This document shows, piece by piece, positions 13,191-26,710 of a stretch of 64,000 nt of DNA. This DNA comes from Octopus sinensis (lineage: Eukaryota). The notes under the pieces are model-generated. The model was not told where the DNA came from. It saw only the letters and a program-made list of their open reading frames with translations, and ran no database searches. The position numbers and the translations under genes are program-made. The stretch covers positions 93,124,001 to 93,188,000 of the forward strand of contig NC_043006.1 in NCBI RefSeq assembly GCF_006345805.1, written 5' to 3'. Positions within the stretch are counted from its first letter, which is position 1. The number at the start of each line of letters is the position of its first letter.

Positions 13191-13869
13191 ATCTTTGAAC
13201 GAAATACCTTGGGGTGTTTTAATCCTGCGAAGATATTAGTTCTAAACTGTATCCGCCCATGTTGGTAGGTGGAGCTAAAATGAGACTTGCTTGCATTGGC
13301 AACTGCTAAGCGCGCTTACAAAATTTTGATGAGCATGCGTAGACATGTTCAATCACCTTATCTGCAATGACCAATTGACTTTCTTCGTGTTTATTTGGTC
13401 AAATGAAATCCGAAAAACAATAGCCATGATTGACCTTTTGCCTCCCTCAAATCATAAATTTATTCTTATTCATTTGAAATAATCTCCGACTCTCATATTC
13501 AGTCTCTAACAATGGCCGAAGTTTCTTGTTTAGCTTCTCTTCTTTTGTGGAATATTTCAATAAATTAGCATTTTTATCCTGGGCGACATTTTATGCATCT
13601 CATTATTGCAAACATGCATAAATGCATTGACACATACATCCATACATGCATGCATTTATTCATTCATACATGCAATCATACATACAATAAAAAATGCATA
13701 CATAAACATATATGCATACATACAGAAATACATACATGCATACATACATATATACACGCATAGATAAACACATACCAAGATACACGCAAGCAAGTATACA
13801 TACATATATACATACACGAATATGCGTCCAATGTTGATGGTGGTAGTAGATATTCCCTGCCACAGAAGG

Positions 13870-13964
13870 AAAAGAAAACTGTAATCTCAAAACTAAAATC
13901 TCAAATACCTTTAGCAAAATCCATATTGTGCAAAAATGTCGTTGTCTGATATTGTAGAAAGTCT
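13870..13964 (-). mobile_element. R4-like 3' stub abutting an (AAT)n array
   Basis: LQYQTTTFLH../ILLKVFEI resembles the QKxALLGTAHILRR / TARILGRVLE C-termini at 44400 and 46400. It is directly adjacent to (ATT)n 13965-14052. Confidence 0.45.
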
Positions 13965-13977
13965 ATTATTATTATTA

Positions 13978-14051
<74 letters not shown>

Positions 14052-14052
14052 T
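13965..14052. repeat. (ATT)n microsatellite
   Basis: Direct reading. Confidence 0.95.
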
Positions 14053-14138
14053 TAGATTTTTGATACCAACAGGAAGTTTCTGTGTACACATTACTCTCAA
14101 AATCTCTGTGAATCAAAACACTTCAAATGTTAGATGGT

Positions 14139-14272
14139 TAGCTATTCAGGCGCTCCTGTTCATTGATGGTCATGTATTCACTCTTATTTTCATCGAGCAG
14201 ACCGACTTTGCTTGCAGCATTCTCAACTGATGTTTTCATATCGTTGAGAGGATCATCAGCAAATAGAAGATG
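14139..14272 (-). mobile_element. RTE-like LINE RT fragment
   Basis: HLLFADD...SVENAASKVGLLDENKSEYMTINE: FADD box plus a GLxxNxxKTEYM-like motif. Confidence 0.55.
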
Positions 14273-15302
14273 TCAGGGAAACAGGTTCTCATCACTGCGT
14301 CTGCTTGACGTTGATAAAATGATGTCAAGATTTGGAATATAAACGTAGTCTTTTAATTACAAAATGAGAAAGGGAGATTCCTTAACTTCAATTATCATAG
14401 GGGCCAAATGTTGCGCATTAATGAAATATTTCCTGACGCACAAAAAGCAAATCTAGAGAACTTGAAAGAATACTTCAAGCTTCGAGCAATTGAGTATTTC
14501 AAAGTCAAGAAGATCGGGCGTCTTCAAGGCATTTTTAAAAACATCCTACTCAATGGAACCGGACACGAAACCGCAGAGAGGCTTCACAGACACCTTAATG
14601 TTACAGAGTTCAGGTTTCTTATGAGGGCTAAAAACATTCCAGAGGAGACTTATTAACTCATTTCAACGATCCCTATTATTATTGCTCAACAGAAGACGGT
14701 CTTTGCTTTCGTAGTGTATTGCTGAATAGCAAGCCATTTCGGATGCTGCGTTTTAAAAACCACCGCATCGACGAAGACTTCTCTAATACATATATGTTAC
14801 AGGAAATAACGACGAACACGGAACACTGAGAACCTTCAATAACCAATGAGGAACATAGTATCCTGATGCTTGCTGTGAAACACGTCTCGTTGCAAGCGCT
14901 TCAGGAAAAAGATGCCATGGAAGACACCGTTTCAATTTAGTCCTGGGAACCTCACCTTCAGTTATATTACCTCTGCCCTATTTCTGTTATTGATAATGAA
15001 CTTGGAGAAGATCCAAAGATAATTAAATAAAAAACTAAATGTCAACTGATTTCACTAGTTGAATGTGAAGTCAGGGTCTTCATTGGTGCTGTTTGCTGAA
15101 GGTCTTAAACATTCAGCACGCTATGAAAGGTTTACACCTCTTACATTTATTCTTAATCTCAGCTGGTCAACTTTCCTCAATTTATTATATTATAATACAC
15201 CAACCTCCGTAACAAGCTTCTCTTCTTTAATCATTAGATTACTTTTGTATGTTTAAAATCAGTTTCCTTTATCATTACCGTAAAACGTATGTTTTAATCA
15301 AT

Positions 15303-15354
<52 letters not shown>

Positions 15355-15648
15355 CTGTGTACATATGTGTGTGTATATGAGTGTGTACTATTTGTGGAGG
15401 TATATACATATATATGTGTGTGTGTGTGTATGTGTGTATGACCTACAACTGACACCTAATTACAAATTCTTATATGTTTGACTGAATTCTTAACAGCTAT
15501 GACCACCTTCCCCAAAGCAAATAGATTAAATCTCCTAACATACTTATATAACACCAAAAGCAACTAAAGAAATCTACTAACTTTCCATGCTAACTGTATA
15601 ATCTTTGTTTCAGAAACTAACTACTGAAGACCCTCAGCTTACGCAGAA

Positions 15649-16643
15649 ATGAAGAGGCATGCTGTCATTTTGGTTATAAAGACTGAGCATAGCGATTTAG
15701 AAATATCTCGATTTATAAAAGTTGCCAGATCTTTCGTCTACAAAGTTTGTAAGAGTTAGAGACTGGAGATGGAAATGTATCACCAGTATGAAAGCAGAAA
15801 AAGCATTCTAAACGCTCGGAAATCATCAGAGGACTTGAATTTATCCAGCAAGTTCGACACACCATTGATTATAATCCTACAAACTTCATGGTGTCAATTA
15901 CAAAAGATCTACATGTCTAAGAAGGAACAGTCAAAGACGTTATCAACAAAAACATCAGATATAAGTCTCATATGATGAGGAAAGTTCAGTTTGTCAGAAA
16001 AAGCAAAAGAAAATCACTACATCAGATTTAAAAGGCTCTTAAACAAATTGAAAAATCCATAGAGAAGATGTGATTTGTTTTTTCTCAGACGGGAAAAACT
16101 TCGACCAAGATCAAAAAGTTAACAGAAGAAATAGCAGATGGTTATATGCAGACCCTTCTGATGTTCCAAGTGTTATGTATACAAACTTTCCTACAACTGT
16201 CATGGTTTTAGGGGTTGTCAGCGATGAAGGGCATGTGATATCTCCTTACTTCTTTCTACAAGACCATAGAGTTAACTTTGCCGCCTACATTGAACTCCGG
16301 AAAATAATTGTTAAGCTCTGGATAGACAGTGTATGCAATGGAAGGCCATATGTGTTTCAGTAAAACTCTGCACATGGCTCTAGTAGCACAGGAATGGATG
16401 TCTGAAAATTTATGATCGCACATCTAACATTTGGCCTCCTAATTCCCCAGATCTCAAACCATTGGACTATTGCATATAGTGTGTTGTTGAGGTAGAGGTC
16501 AATGAAGAACGCCCATAGCACCAAAGATTCATTGAGAGCTGCCATAGTCAGAATAATGTTGAAAATGAATCAGGACCATTTGATCCGAGCGTAGATCTCA
16601 TATAGAAACTGTTGTTGAAGCTGAAGGTGGCTTTCTTGAATAA
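15649..16643 (+). pseudogene. Tc1/mariner DD37D (maT-like) transposase pseudogene
   Basis: MKRHAVILVIKTEHSDLEISRFIKVARSFVYKV...; FFSDGKNFDQDQKVNRRNSRW...VMVLGVVSDEGHV...GRPYVFQ*NSA...WPPNSPDLKPLDY...VEAEGGFLE*. Multiple stops and frameshifts. Confidence 0.88.
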
Positions 16644-17252
16644 CATTATAGAAAAACAGGTTTATTTTTATCCTCATAGCTTTTCTTGATAAATAAAGTT
16701 ATGTTATTATATATATGTTTTTTATAAACACAAATCTGTCCCCAAATAACTTATGTACACTTTATAGTGAAAACCCAATCACCTTAAGCGACAGACCCAA
16801 TTTCAAAGTTATAAATGGTGGGCTGAACAATTGCCTCAACCGTAGCAAAATAAATTGGTTAAATCACACATTAGTAGTCAAATAATATCAACAACTAAAC
16901 CTAGTCACACATCTGGTGGCCAAATAACATTTTCATCTACGTATCTTCTTTTGTGAATTCTAAAACCTATATAGAAGCACCTGCTTACAAAGTTTTGCAT
17001 GGGTGATGAACACAACGCCAACGTAAAACACTAAAACCCTAAAATCTTTCCAGCAGGTCTTAACACTTCAACTTGATAATTTACGACAGAGCTCCACCGA
17101 TTCCAGAAACATAAAATCACCAAAGACTATACACAGCTAAGATGAACGCATATGTACCGCAATCCGAAGCACACTGAAACTTCGAAGTCACTGTTAACAC
17201 TATTCTTGCAAAGAAAAATGAATATCTATCCCATAGTATTGTGTATTTCATA

Positions 17253-17414
17253 GGCACAGAAGTGGCTGTGTGGTAAGTATCTTGCTTAACAAACACATGG
17301 TTCCGGGTTCAGTCCCACTGCGTGGCCCCCTGGGCAAGTGTCTTCTACTATAGCCTCGAGTCAACCAAAGCCTTGTGAGTGGATTTGGTAGACAGAAACT
17401 GAAAGAAGCCAGTC

Positions 17415-17451
<37 letters not shown>

Positions 17452-17606
17452 CGTGTGTACGTTTGTGTATCTGATTCTTCCCCCCAACATTACTTGATAG
17501 AATAAGTACTAGGCTTACAAAGAATAAGTCCTGGGGTCGATTTGCTCGACTAAAAGGTGGTACTCCAGCATGGCCACATGAAACAAGTAAAAGAATAAAA
17601 GAATAT
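17253..17606 (+). mobile_element. tRNA-derived SINE, family B, full length with internal (TA)n and LINE-like tail
   Basis: Head gtggctgtgtggtaag...ccgggttcagtccc; tail ggtggtactccagcatggccac...gtaaaagaataaaagaata. Confidence 0.9.
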
Positions 17607-18261
17607 AAAATTTTAATTTTCTCTCGACATCGAAACAAAGATTTAATATATGTGTGGGTGCAAGACACCTACACACACATTTCCATACACACACGTTTAT
17701 ATGTACAGACATATATATATATGTGCATGGCTGGTTGTATGTTGAACAGCTGAATCTTTAAATTTAATACGATTCATTAGTGTTTTCATATTACATTCTT
17801 AGTACTTATGTTTGAGTCAATAACATATCCGTGTCATTAGCTACAATTCTGTCCTCGATATACTGAGGGGTTCAGGGTGTTGTTGCCAGGTTTGGCAGTT
17901 CGTTTCACATGATCAACGCTGCGTAGGCCTGATGAAACCATCATCACCGATTTTATAGAAACTAACGCTTAACCCGGAGTCTACGGTACTTACTTCTGAA
18001 TGTGAGGTATCTGTTGGTTGAACTTTGCGTTTTTGCTTCTAATTACCTTCCATAGAATTTTCGTATGCTTTTGTACAAGGCTAGCAATGAGATACGAAAT
18101 TCAAACGCATTCATTATTTCAGGAGAACATATTTGAGATTGAATCTATTTCATATTTATATAACAATATATATATACATAAACATATATATACTCACATA
18201 CATACATATATATGTGTGTGTGTGTGTATGTGTGTGTGTGTGTGTATGTGTGTGTGTGTAT

Positions 18262-18555
18262 AAGATTGGTCTCGGCCATTATCGGTCCAGGCCATGACTA
18301 ACTCAGTAGCACCGCCTGGAAAAGTCTCTTAGGTAATTATTTCGGGACACCATGAACCACTCAAGCAGAGAATTGTTGTTGGTTGAGACGTATCCAAGCG
18401 TAGGTGGTTTATCCGGTATTTGCTGGAGGAATTTGCCCATGTACAGTTTGAAAGTTGTGGAGGGGGTCTTTCCTAATTTAATTTATTTCGGGATAACATT
18501 GAAAAGAGCAGGACCATTTGCAGTGAATAAATTGTGTCGCAATGTTCTTACGTGA
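18262..18555 (-). mobile_element. CR1-like LINE 3' end (ORF2 C-terminus plus 3' UTR)
   Basis: VRTLRHNLFTANGPALFNVIPK*...FKLYMGKFLQQIPDKPPTLGYVSTNNNSLLEW. The 3' UTR contains ggcggtgc...catggcc and ends against the (TG)n array at 18212-18260. Confidence 0.75.
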
Positions 18556-19046
18556 AGTGATCTCGACCTTCGTATGGAAAGCATTGCACAGGGGGGGGGG
18601 GTGCTAGTCTTGGGTGAATTGTAAACATAATACCGATATCATTTGGATAATATTTATATATTTATATACATACGTACATTTATATAAACATACATGCCTA
18701 CAAACCGTGATTATAAATTATCATTTGTATCTATTGTCATGGGTGCATTAGGCTATGTACCGATAGAGTTACACAAAAACTTAGAAATACTAATTATTTC
18801 GAAGACAGAGAGAAAGGCATTGACTTTTTCTCCAAATCCGAAAATATTAGTGGCACAGTGAAGAATTGTAAAACATTCGAAAGGTTCTTGAGATTATTTT
18901 GGTAAATAGACGCACACACATGGGCAAGTGCTTCGACAACTCAACCACGTTTTAAAAAACAGCGGGAACTCTCTTAAATCAAAATATCTGTTCGCTTCGG
19001 TTTCGACAACCTTCGAATCTCTTGAGGACTTAAACAGAAATCAATA

Positions 19047-19090
19047 CACATACATACATACATACATACATACATACATACATACATACA

Positions 19091-19124
<34 letters not shown>

Positions 19125-19136
19125 CATACATACATA
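19047..19136. repeat. (CATA)n microsatellite
   Basis: Direct reading. Confidence 0.95.
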
Positions 19137-20154
19137 CAGCATGGCAGAGTTATATTACACGCTGTGCAACAAATGTACTATCATTATTGTTTTTCTGTAT
19201 CTGAAGCTTAATTCCGATGGAGAAGAGTCAAAGAAAATGTAATCGTTGTCATACAATATTTCATTATTATTTGATATGAGTTTTTGGACGAAGTCATCTA
19301 ATGTCTTCCAAACTTATTGCAGACTGTAAATTATGAATAGCGAATGTTACGTCCGCTTTCTTTCGGACGACCTTAGGGAAGTCTCATATTATGATAAATT
19401 GCCATCATTTCGTAATATATATTTGTATGTCGTAACATTATATCCTATTTTCATATATATATTTTTTTTTTAAGACCAATGAATATATGCATCACATATG
19501 ATAAAGTAAGAATACAGATATATCAGCAATTTTTATTAGAAGTGTCAGAGAATGTGCAAAAAGCGGTGTCTCATGCATTAAAAATATTATTCGTCTGATA
19601 CGAATAAATTTATACGAAATAATAGTGTGCTTGTCATTTTCCACATATTTCATTTGTTTTTGTTTTTCTCTCCTCTCTGAATACAATAGCCCAAACAATT
19701 TCGTGTTGAATTCTAAATTACATTCATGCACATAGAATTACATGTACTTCAAAACATTTACCAGTTCTATCAGATATTGTCTTCTTCTGAATATTGTACT
19801 CATAAATATCTAGTATCGTTATTTCTTAAATATTGCTTATCTCGCTGTTGCATTTATAGAAATATCTCCAGAACATCTGAAGATTTTCTTATTCGCTCTT
19901 AATATTCATTTTCCCTTTCTTCTCAAAGATGTACTTCAGATCTAACTACCAATCTAACTAAGTTGTACATAACGAGGTTTTATTTCAAATCTGCCACATT
20001 CCAATTTTTGCAATTGCATTCAAATATACATTTATAGGTGTGAGGGTGAGCATGTGTGTATGAGCGTATGTGTGTATGCGTGTGCAAAGATTGAAACTGT
20101 GTATAGATTTTATATATTAAGAACGAGTACATTAAGAACAGTTAGGGGACTGGT

Positions 20155-20560
20155 TTAGCTCTCGATACCAAAGTTCGGTGCCAACTTCCTATGAACCCCC
20201 ATACATATATTGGTGTATATCTCTCCTCCAGGTAGTACAGCTGTAACTTTTAATCCCTCCCAGCAGCCTCCCTGTACCCTTAATGCAATCGGCATGGTGT
20301 AGCACTGCTGAACCTCCTCATGTCCGTTATTAATTTGACATTTTGGCGTGGGCAAAGTTGAGAGCAATATTCTAGACAGCACAGCACAAATGTCTTCCAT
20401 AGAACCACCTTAATTTCTTGGTCCCTTTTTCTGAATATTCTCAGGATCTATTCGGCTATTTGCCGGCACATTACCACTATCTTGGTGATATGCACAGAAA
20501 ACGAGGCATTCTTGCTCATATCAAACATTGACTGAGTTTACACATTTTTAAAAGAGAATT
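20155..20560 (-). mobile_element. CR1-like LINE post-RT fragment
   Basis: DMSKNASFSVHITKIV..CRQIAE*ILRIFRKRDQEIKVVLWKTFVLCCLEYCSQL...CWEGLK...LAPNFGIES. Confidence 0.7.
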
Positions 20561-20967
20561 TCTTCTCCACTGTAACTGCAGTGAATCTGCCTTTAAAAGT
20601 TGAAGTATGTCACAAACATATTTTAACTAACCTAACGTTCACATATGCCTAAACACTGGTGGTGATAAGGCTGACTTTCGCCCGACCTGACGATCCGATA
20701 GCGCAACACAAACATTGTTCTTGGCAAAGTATTAGATAATGCTACGGCTTTAAAGCCTTCCAGAGTTACCTCTCTTCGGTATTTTCCATTGATAATGAGT
20801 AAGGAGCTAGAAACGGTGCGACTGTGAATCGGTGTTGACAACACCGAACAGGTATGGTGTTTTTACGCCTTTTACCTTAAGAGAGAAGTTTTAACCACGG
20901 TAACCGCATTGGATTTACTTTTAGATGTTGATAAATGTCACTAACATATCTTAACTGACCTAAAGTT

Positions 20968-21003
<36 letters not shown>

Positions 21004-21749
21004 TAAGCGGCAACTATCGAGGTGTTGAGAGATAGTAAGCTTCGGGAACTCCGTAGAATGTATAAAAACAACATTCAGAAACAGCAGTCGTTTATTGATG
21101 TAGACGGTTGTAAATTTTTCCCGTACTGAAATTCGATAAACTGAAAAAAATTGTTTTGATCCCGACGAGTATTTAGTGGATTACTCCTCTTTTGGATAAT
21201 TACTACTTTAGAGGTTTTGCTATATATATACATACATGTTAGGTTGAGTGATAAATTTCCTAAATACATGAATAGAATCCGATATTCGCTGAAGACTTTA
21301 ATATGAGCATCAGCATTGCTTAGCATTTTCTACTGATTTATATGCTGGTTGACATTTCTAGATTTTTATCGTCAGTGTTACTCCCGTTGTTATTCTATTG
21401 CGGAATAGAAGAAATATTACTAAAAACATATGCGTAATAATTGCTAATGAGTTCGGTTATTCTCGCTTTAATATGACTAAGCTCGTCAGAACATACCAAG
21501 AACTCTGGAATAAATTGACTAATAAAATATTCTACGAGAAGCAAACAGATATATTAAGAGAGTTTATTCTCTGCAGACACACGAGACGTTGTTAATTAAA
21601 AACAAGGTAAGGCAGGTGTTTTCAGATATGTTATCTTCAAATCTCACTAACTCTTGAGATTAGAATACGCACGGAATACACAGAAGATACAGAAAGTCTA
21701 AATATACGATACTGAGAAATAGCTATGATAGTTAGCCAGAAGTGTGTAA

Positions 21750-21965
21750 TAATCGTTTCAAATTTGGGCACAAGGCCAGCTATTTCAAGGCAGTGGTTGA
21801 TCGTATCGACCCCCAGTATTTAACTGATACTTATTTTATCGAACCTGAAATGATGTAAGGCAATGTTTATACCTCGGCGAAATTTGAACTCAGAATGCAA
21901 TGACGAAAGAAATGTCGTTATGTATTTTACCAGGTATGCTAACGTTTCTACCAGCTCGCTGACTT
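21750..21965 (-). mobile_element. tRNA-derived SINE, family A
   Basis: Reverse complement reads gcgagctggtagaaacgttagcatacc...gagttcaaatttcgccgagg. Confidence 0.8.
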
Positions 21966-22659
21966 CAAAGTATGAAATATTAAAATTAATAGAAAATGAT
22001 TTTCGTCCGTATTAACTCCAGTGCAAACTGATGCGGCTGAACTTTATACAAAGATATTCCATGCATGGCCATCTTTTCTCAACCTTTTCTTTTTCAAGCA
22101 TTAACCCTGGATATGACCGCTCTATGTTTTTCATTAAAACGTTTGGGACTGCTTAAATGGTATTTATGAGTCGTTTATAGAAGGACGAGGCGATGTTATG
22201 TAGTTTCTGCCGTATTGTTTCAACTGGAATGTTGTTGTTTGACGAAACATAAGGAATCCGATATATAATATACAAGAAATAGATATGGATGGCTTTTGCA
22301 TCTGTTTACAAGGTTACGACGTAGGATCGAAATTTTGTCGAGAATAGAATGTTTGAAAGTCTATAACTCGGTGACCTCTCATTAATATCAATTTCAAATT
22401 ATGATGACACAAAAGCAATTTCGATTGAAAAGCCTACAGACAATTGCAATGATTGCAATATGGTAATGAATTTCATATGAATATTAACATTTGTTTAGCA
22501 AAATTTAATCCTTCAACTTTTTATTGTATTGTCATTTCTATGGTTATTTATTTTCTAATTACAAGAAATGTGCGTGTACGTGCGTGAGAACGTGTGTGTG
22601 CGCGCGCATGTATGCGTGATTGTGTATGTATGTTATACGTATATATATATATATATACA

Positions 22660-22745
<86 letters not shown>

Positions 22746-22789
22746 TATATACATTTGCACGTATATATGTATGTCTCCTATTTTTTAAT

Positions 22790-24160
22790 TATCATAAATT
22801 TTCCACTGAGGAAGGAGCCGGTTTTCAAAAGAGATACAAGGCTCCATCTTTGGGATGTAATCAACACAGAAAAATTCACATTTGGAACTTGAAATGTCTT
22901 GCATATTTTTACTGTTCCACTCATATATTGCACTTGTAATGTAAGAATTTGCCGGTCGATTTCAGTCTGAAAATCCCAGTTTATCCAGATTCTCCTTTAA
23001 GCATTTTCTAACAAAACCTAGTGCTCCATAGTCTAGATATTGAAGCTGGATGTTTTGAAGCAGTTGTCCGTAGATATATCTTTTTCTTTGATTCTCAAAG
23101 AGATATTAATATCTACAAGGCAGCCAACCTCTATGATGGTACATACTTTTCGCCCCCTGCCCCAAACAACAATATCCGGCCTGTTATGCTTACATTTGAC
23201 AGAATTTTTGATGGGAATATTCCACCAGTATTCCTTGAGTTGGTGTTTATGAATGTATTCCATAACAGGGATTTTCTAAGTTTATTAAGTCTTTGTTGCG
23301 GATGGTATTGTAAATTGTTTTAGCAACAACGTCGTGCCGCATGCGGAGGTACTACCGTGACACTGCTAATCACATGCGTAATGTCCTCCACAAAAACATG
23401 ACATAACCTACACAGGCGGTTGCACGTTGGGATAGCAAGAGCGTCACTGTCTCTCTTGTTCACTGGGTACTTTGTGGCAATCTCCTATTCCTGGATTGCA
23501 AACACATTGCCTTCAAATGATGTGATGTAGTGTTCTTGTATCCAGGTGAGGCTGCGCTTCGTGTCGATTCTACTGTCTTCTATAAGCTTCCGGACAAAAT
23601 ACCCTTGCATAGTCTTTTTTCTTTTATTGTATTCTGAGCGATTTCCACCCAGGGCTCCTCTGACGTAAGGGAGCTCAGCTGTTTTGGGGTTGTATGGGAG
23701 ATCATCAGGAAGAGAGTGTTTCTTGAGAAGTTGACTGCCAACTTGTACAATGTTGCTCACGTCACTTTACTTCATTATTGTATCAATTTTGCTGCAGTTT
23801 AGCAGGTGCTGCCTGAGTGATACCACACGGCATTCGAAGGCCGTATGCGCTGATCTCAGGCCTTTACCACCTTCATTTATTCTGAGTTAGAGCCTGTCAA
23901 CATCATTGTTTCTGTGGAATTTCCCAGGTGTTGTTAGGATTTTACAGGTTTTGATATTTATGGTGTAGATTTCCTCTACAGACCAATTAAGTATCCCAAA
24001 TGTTAGCATCAGCACTGGTACTGCAAATGCATCGTGGGATATTGTTTTGTTGTAAGAGGAGAGTTCCGACTTCAACTTTGTCCCGTCGACGACAACTTTT
24101 TCAGGACGGCTAAATACTAAGTCGGGTATCGATTTCTCTGTGGACCAACCAGAATACATA
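22790..24160 (-). mobile_element. R4-like RLE retrotransposon 3' portion (post-RT, zinc-knuckle region, PD-(D/E)XK endonuclease, 3' UTR)
   Basis: KSELSSYNKTISHDAFAVPVLMLTFGILNW...FHRNNDVDRL; HYITSFEGNVFAIQE; EYWWNIPIKNSVKCKHNRPDIVVW...IIEVGC. Confidence 0.88.
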
Positions 24161-24399
24161 TCATATCCAACTGGCGAACTACAAATTTTCTTGCATCTCC
24201 AAAAAAGAAGTCCATGTTTTATTCATAGATTATTGGCACGTATATATAACTGGATTCATTTCAGAAATCCCTTGCTAAGTAAATCCAGTAGCATATGAAT
24301 CACTACTGACGTTGACATCAAGTAGCCAATAACTGTGAACGTGCTTAACACTGCATACTACGAGGTTTATATCCGAATATAATAATTATTTTAACTGAT

Positions 24400-24720
24400 C
24401 AGTATGCATACATATGAGGTGAGATTAACCGTGTGTGTGTGTAGGGTGTTATGTCCAGTTCTTTTATACCTCCCCGAAGTTTAACAGTTCTGAAATATAA
24501 TCCGACAGAATAAGCAACAAACATGAAGTAAATGTTGGTGCCAAACTGACCGACAAACCCGCGAGGCTGTTGACCACCCGGGCCAAAGTCCAATGATTTG
24601 AAGCAAGGAACGAATAAAATTGCCAAAACCCGTGTTTATTTGGGATATTAAAATCCAATTCTACAGAAATAAGAAACGTTTCAATGATGATCTCAGTGTC
24701 TCTTATGTCTAAAGCTGTTC
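24400..24720 (-). mobile_element. Degraded L1-like RT N-terminal relic
   Basis: FLFL*NWILISQINT (LKNWRPISLLNT-like), then after a shift QQPRGFVGQFGTNIYFM (QxGFVxGRxIxxNI-like). Confidence 0.4.
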
Positions 24721-25379
24721 TGTTCACTTAACAATTGTAACGATTTGCTGCTGAATGGATGACTCTATTTGGAGGGAAAACAGAAGATTAGAGTAAGGAA
24801 AATTTGTGACATTTGTTAAGAAATATCATCTACAAATGACACACAAATTAGAATAAGCGTATATACTATGAGGAATTTGAGAAATCTAAGATTTCGGCCG
24901 GGTTTTTCAACAGATGAGTTAGGAATTAATAGAAAAGTAATATTATATATAAAATAGTGAATGTGATGGAATATGGAGAGGAATAATGGTTTGTTATTGC
25001 TGCATTATTGCTGCATTAATTATGAGGTGCAGTGGAGAAAACGGCAGCGAGGCGGAGGTAGGCGATAATGTTAGGAAATTAGTCAAGGTTGAAAAATTAA
25101 GGCGGAACAATTAGCACAGGGGACAATTAGCGCAGGAAATACCTGGAGAAATGGGAACATTAAAGATAGATTGCACTACGTGTTATCGTGGAAGTGAGGA
25201 TTGAGGTCAAAGAATGCGAAAAGTCAGTTGATGGATCGCTGATTTACTACTTGTGGCTTTCCTGCACAATTATCCAGTACGACATCTAATGTAGGGTTTG
25301 TCAATTTGAAAATTGGTTAAAGTTATTAATTATAACTTGACGAACAGGTAATACTAATTAATATCTGCGGTCTGATTGC

Positions 25380-26710
25380 TTCTCAAGTTACAAAAAGGGA
25401 TTGTTTCTTGCGTTTCTGAATGCAGGAGGAACACTGGTGGGCGGTCTCTCCACATAGGTGGAGTTCAGTTATCAGATGAAATGTCAAGCAAAGGATTTTG
25501 TAAATTCTGCTCGTCCGGACGATCTTTGGTAAAGCATTTGTATAACCTGCGGCTAGCTTCACCTTGGTAAGAAAAAGCTGTTAGATTTTACAGGAGCTAA
25601 AGTAGATAAAGCTGTTGGAGAAACCTTCAAAGTGATTTGTTGCTTGAGATTGAGTTTGACTTGCTTGTGAGAGCAAGATTTGTGAGAGAAGAAAAGATAT
25701 CTGGAACGGAAGCATCCTTGGAAAAGACTGGGATGTCGTTATGGAGAGAAAGGAACTTCTGAACTGCTGCACAGGCTGTTGGCTCTTTTGATAGTTTTCA
25801 GAAGGCAAAGCTTGTTCGGAATCGGTAGAAATAATTTGAGTATCAACTGAAATACAAATCTGATTGGTCAATGGTAGGAAGAAACTGAACAATATATTCA
25901 GTGTTGAGTGGGAAGGGATATGAGGATCTTGAAAGAGTATCTAAAAGCTTTGTCCATAGTCGATCGACTGAAGGAACTGAGAGAGAGGGGAGACAGAAGC
26001 GGAGAGAGATGGAGAGAAAGAGGGTGGAGAAAGAGAGAGAGGGTGGAGAGAGATGGGGAGAGAAAGGGCGGGGAGAGATAGGGGAGAGAGCGCGTAGAGA
26101 AAGGGAGAGAGAGGGGTGACAGAGAGAGGGCGGAGAGAGAGGGGGAGAGAGAGGGCGGCAAGAGACGGGGAGAGAGAAGGCAGAGAGAAAAGGATGAGAG
26201 AGAGAGAGGTAGAGAGATACAGACAGACGGACGGAAGACAGCAGAGTATAGTTTAGTGTAAATACGGTGAGAAATATTAGGTTAAGAGTCATTCAGTGTG
26301 TCGTGCATCGAGGTTATGGCAATGGGATGTCAAGAAATGGATAAGAGAGTCAGGAGAGTGAAAGTGCGACTGAAAGAAAGGGGAATTGTTTTGGTGGACG
26401 AAATACAGACGCATCACATGGTACTTGATAGGGAAGGGAGAAATGAGGGCAGGAATTTATCAAGGTAGAGGGAAGTACAATGTGTGGCACCTGGTGATGC
26501 TGATAAAGATGGTAGCTACTGAGATCGAGCGACCGAGATGGTTGATAGACTTTAAAGATATAAATGAGATATAAGATCCGTCTACAATGACTACAGTTAG
26601 TAAGGGAGAAATATTACCAATCAGGGTTTTAAATGTTTGCCTCTGTATTATGTCATCGTTATTGAAACAGGCACCAAATGCGTTGTCGGATATAGGATAT
26701 GGCTCTGACA
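25380..26710 (-). mobile_element. Degraded L2/CR1-like LINE ORF2 relic interrupted by a GA-rich low-complexity tract (25975-26225)
   Basis: Weak motif remnants: YIFKVYQP (VYRPP-like), TLNLIFLT (TLDLxxT-like), LSTLAPVKS (LDxxAPxK-like). Confidence 0.3.

Noticed and set aside
14408-14656. 82-aa plus-strand ORF (MLRINEIFPDAQ...)
   Set aside because: No recognisable domain or splice context; it lies beside a minus-strand RTE-like relic and is probably an antisense by-product.
17929-17965. CTGATGA...GAAA hammerhead-like core; also CTGAAGA...GAAA near 15624 and CTGATGA near 44903
   Set aside because: No stem II or stem I pairing could be built around them.
17994-18080. Possible 87-bp minus-strand exon (LVQKHTKILWKVIRSKNAKFNQQIPHIQ) with a gtaagt donor
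   Set aside because: Isolated, no recognisable family, and splice-like signals are common by chance in AT-rich DNA.
24470-24660. Apparent 191-bp minus-strand exon with good acceptor (tttcttatttctgtag) and donor (GAG|gtataa), open in one frame
   Set aside because: Other frames of the same DNA give L1-like RT motif remnants (L*NWILISQINT; QPRGFVGQFGTNI), and no phase-compatible neighbouring exon was found. RNA-seq junctions would overturn this.
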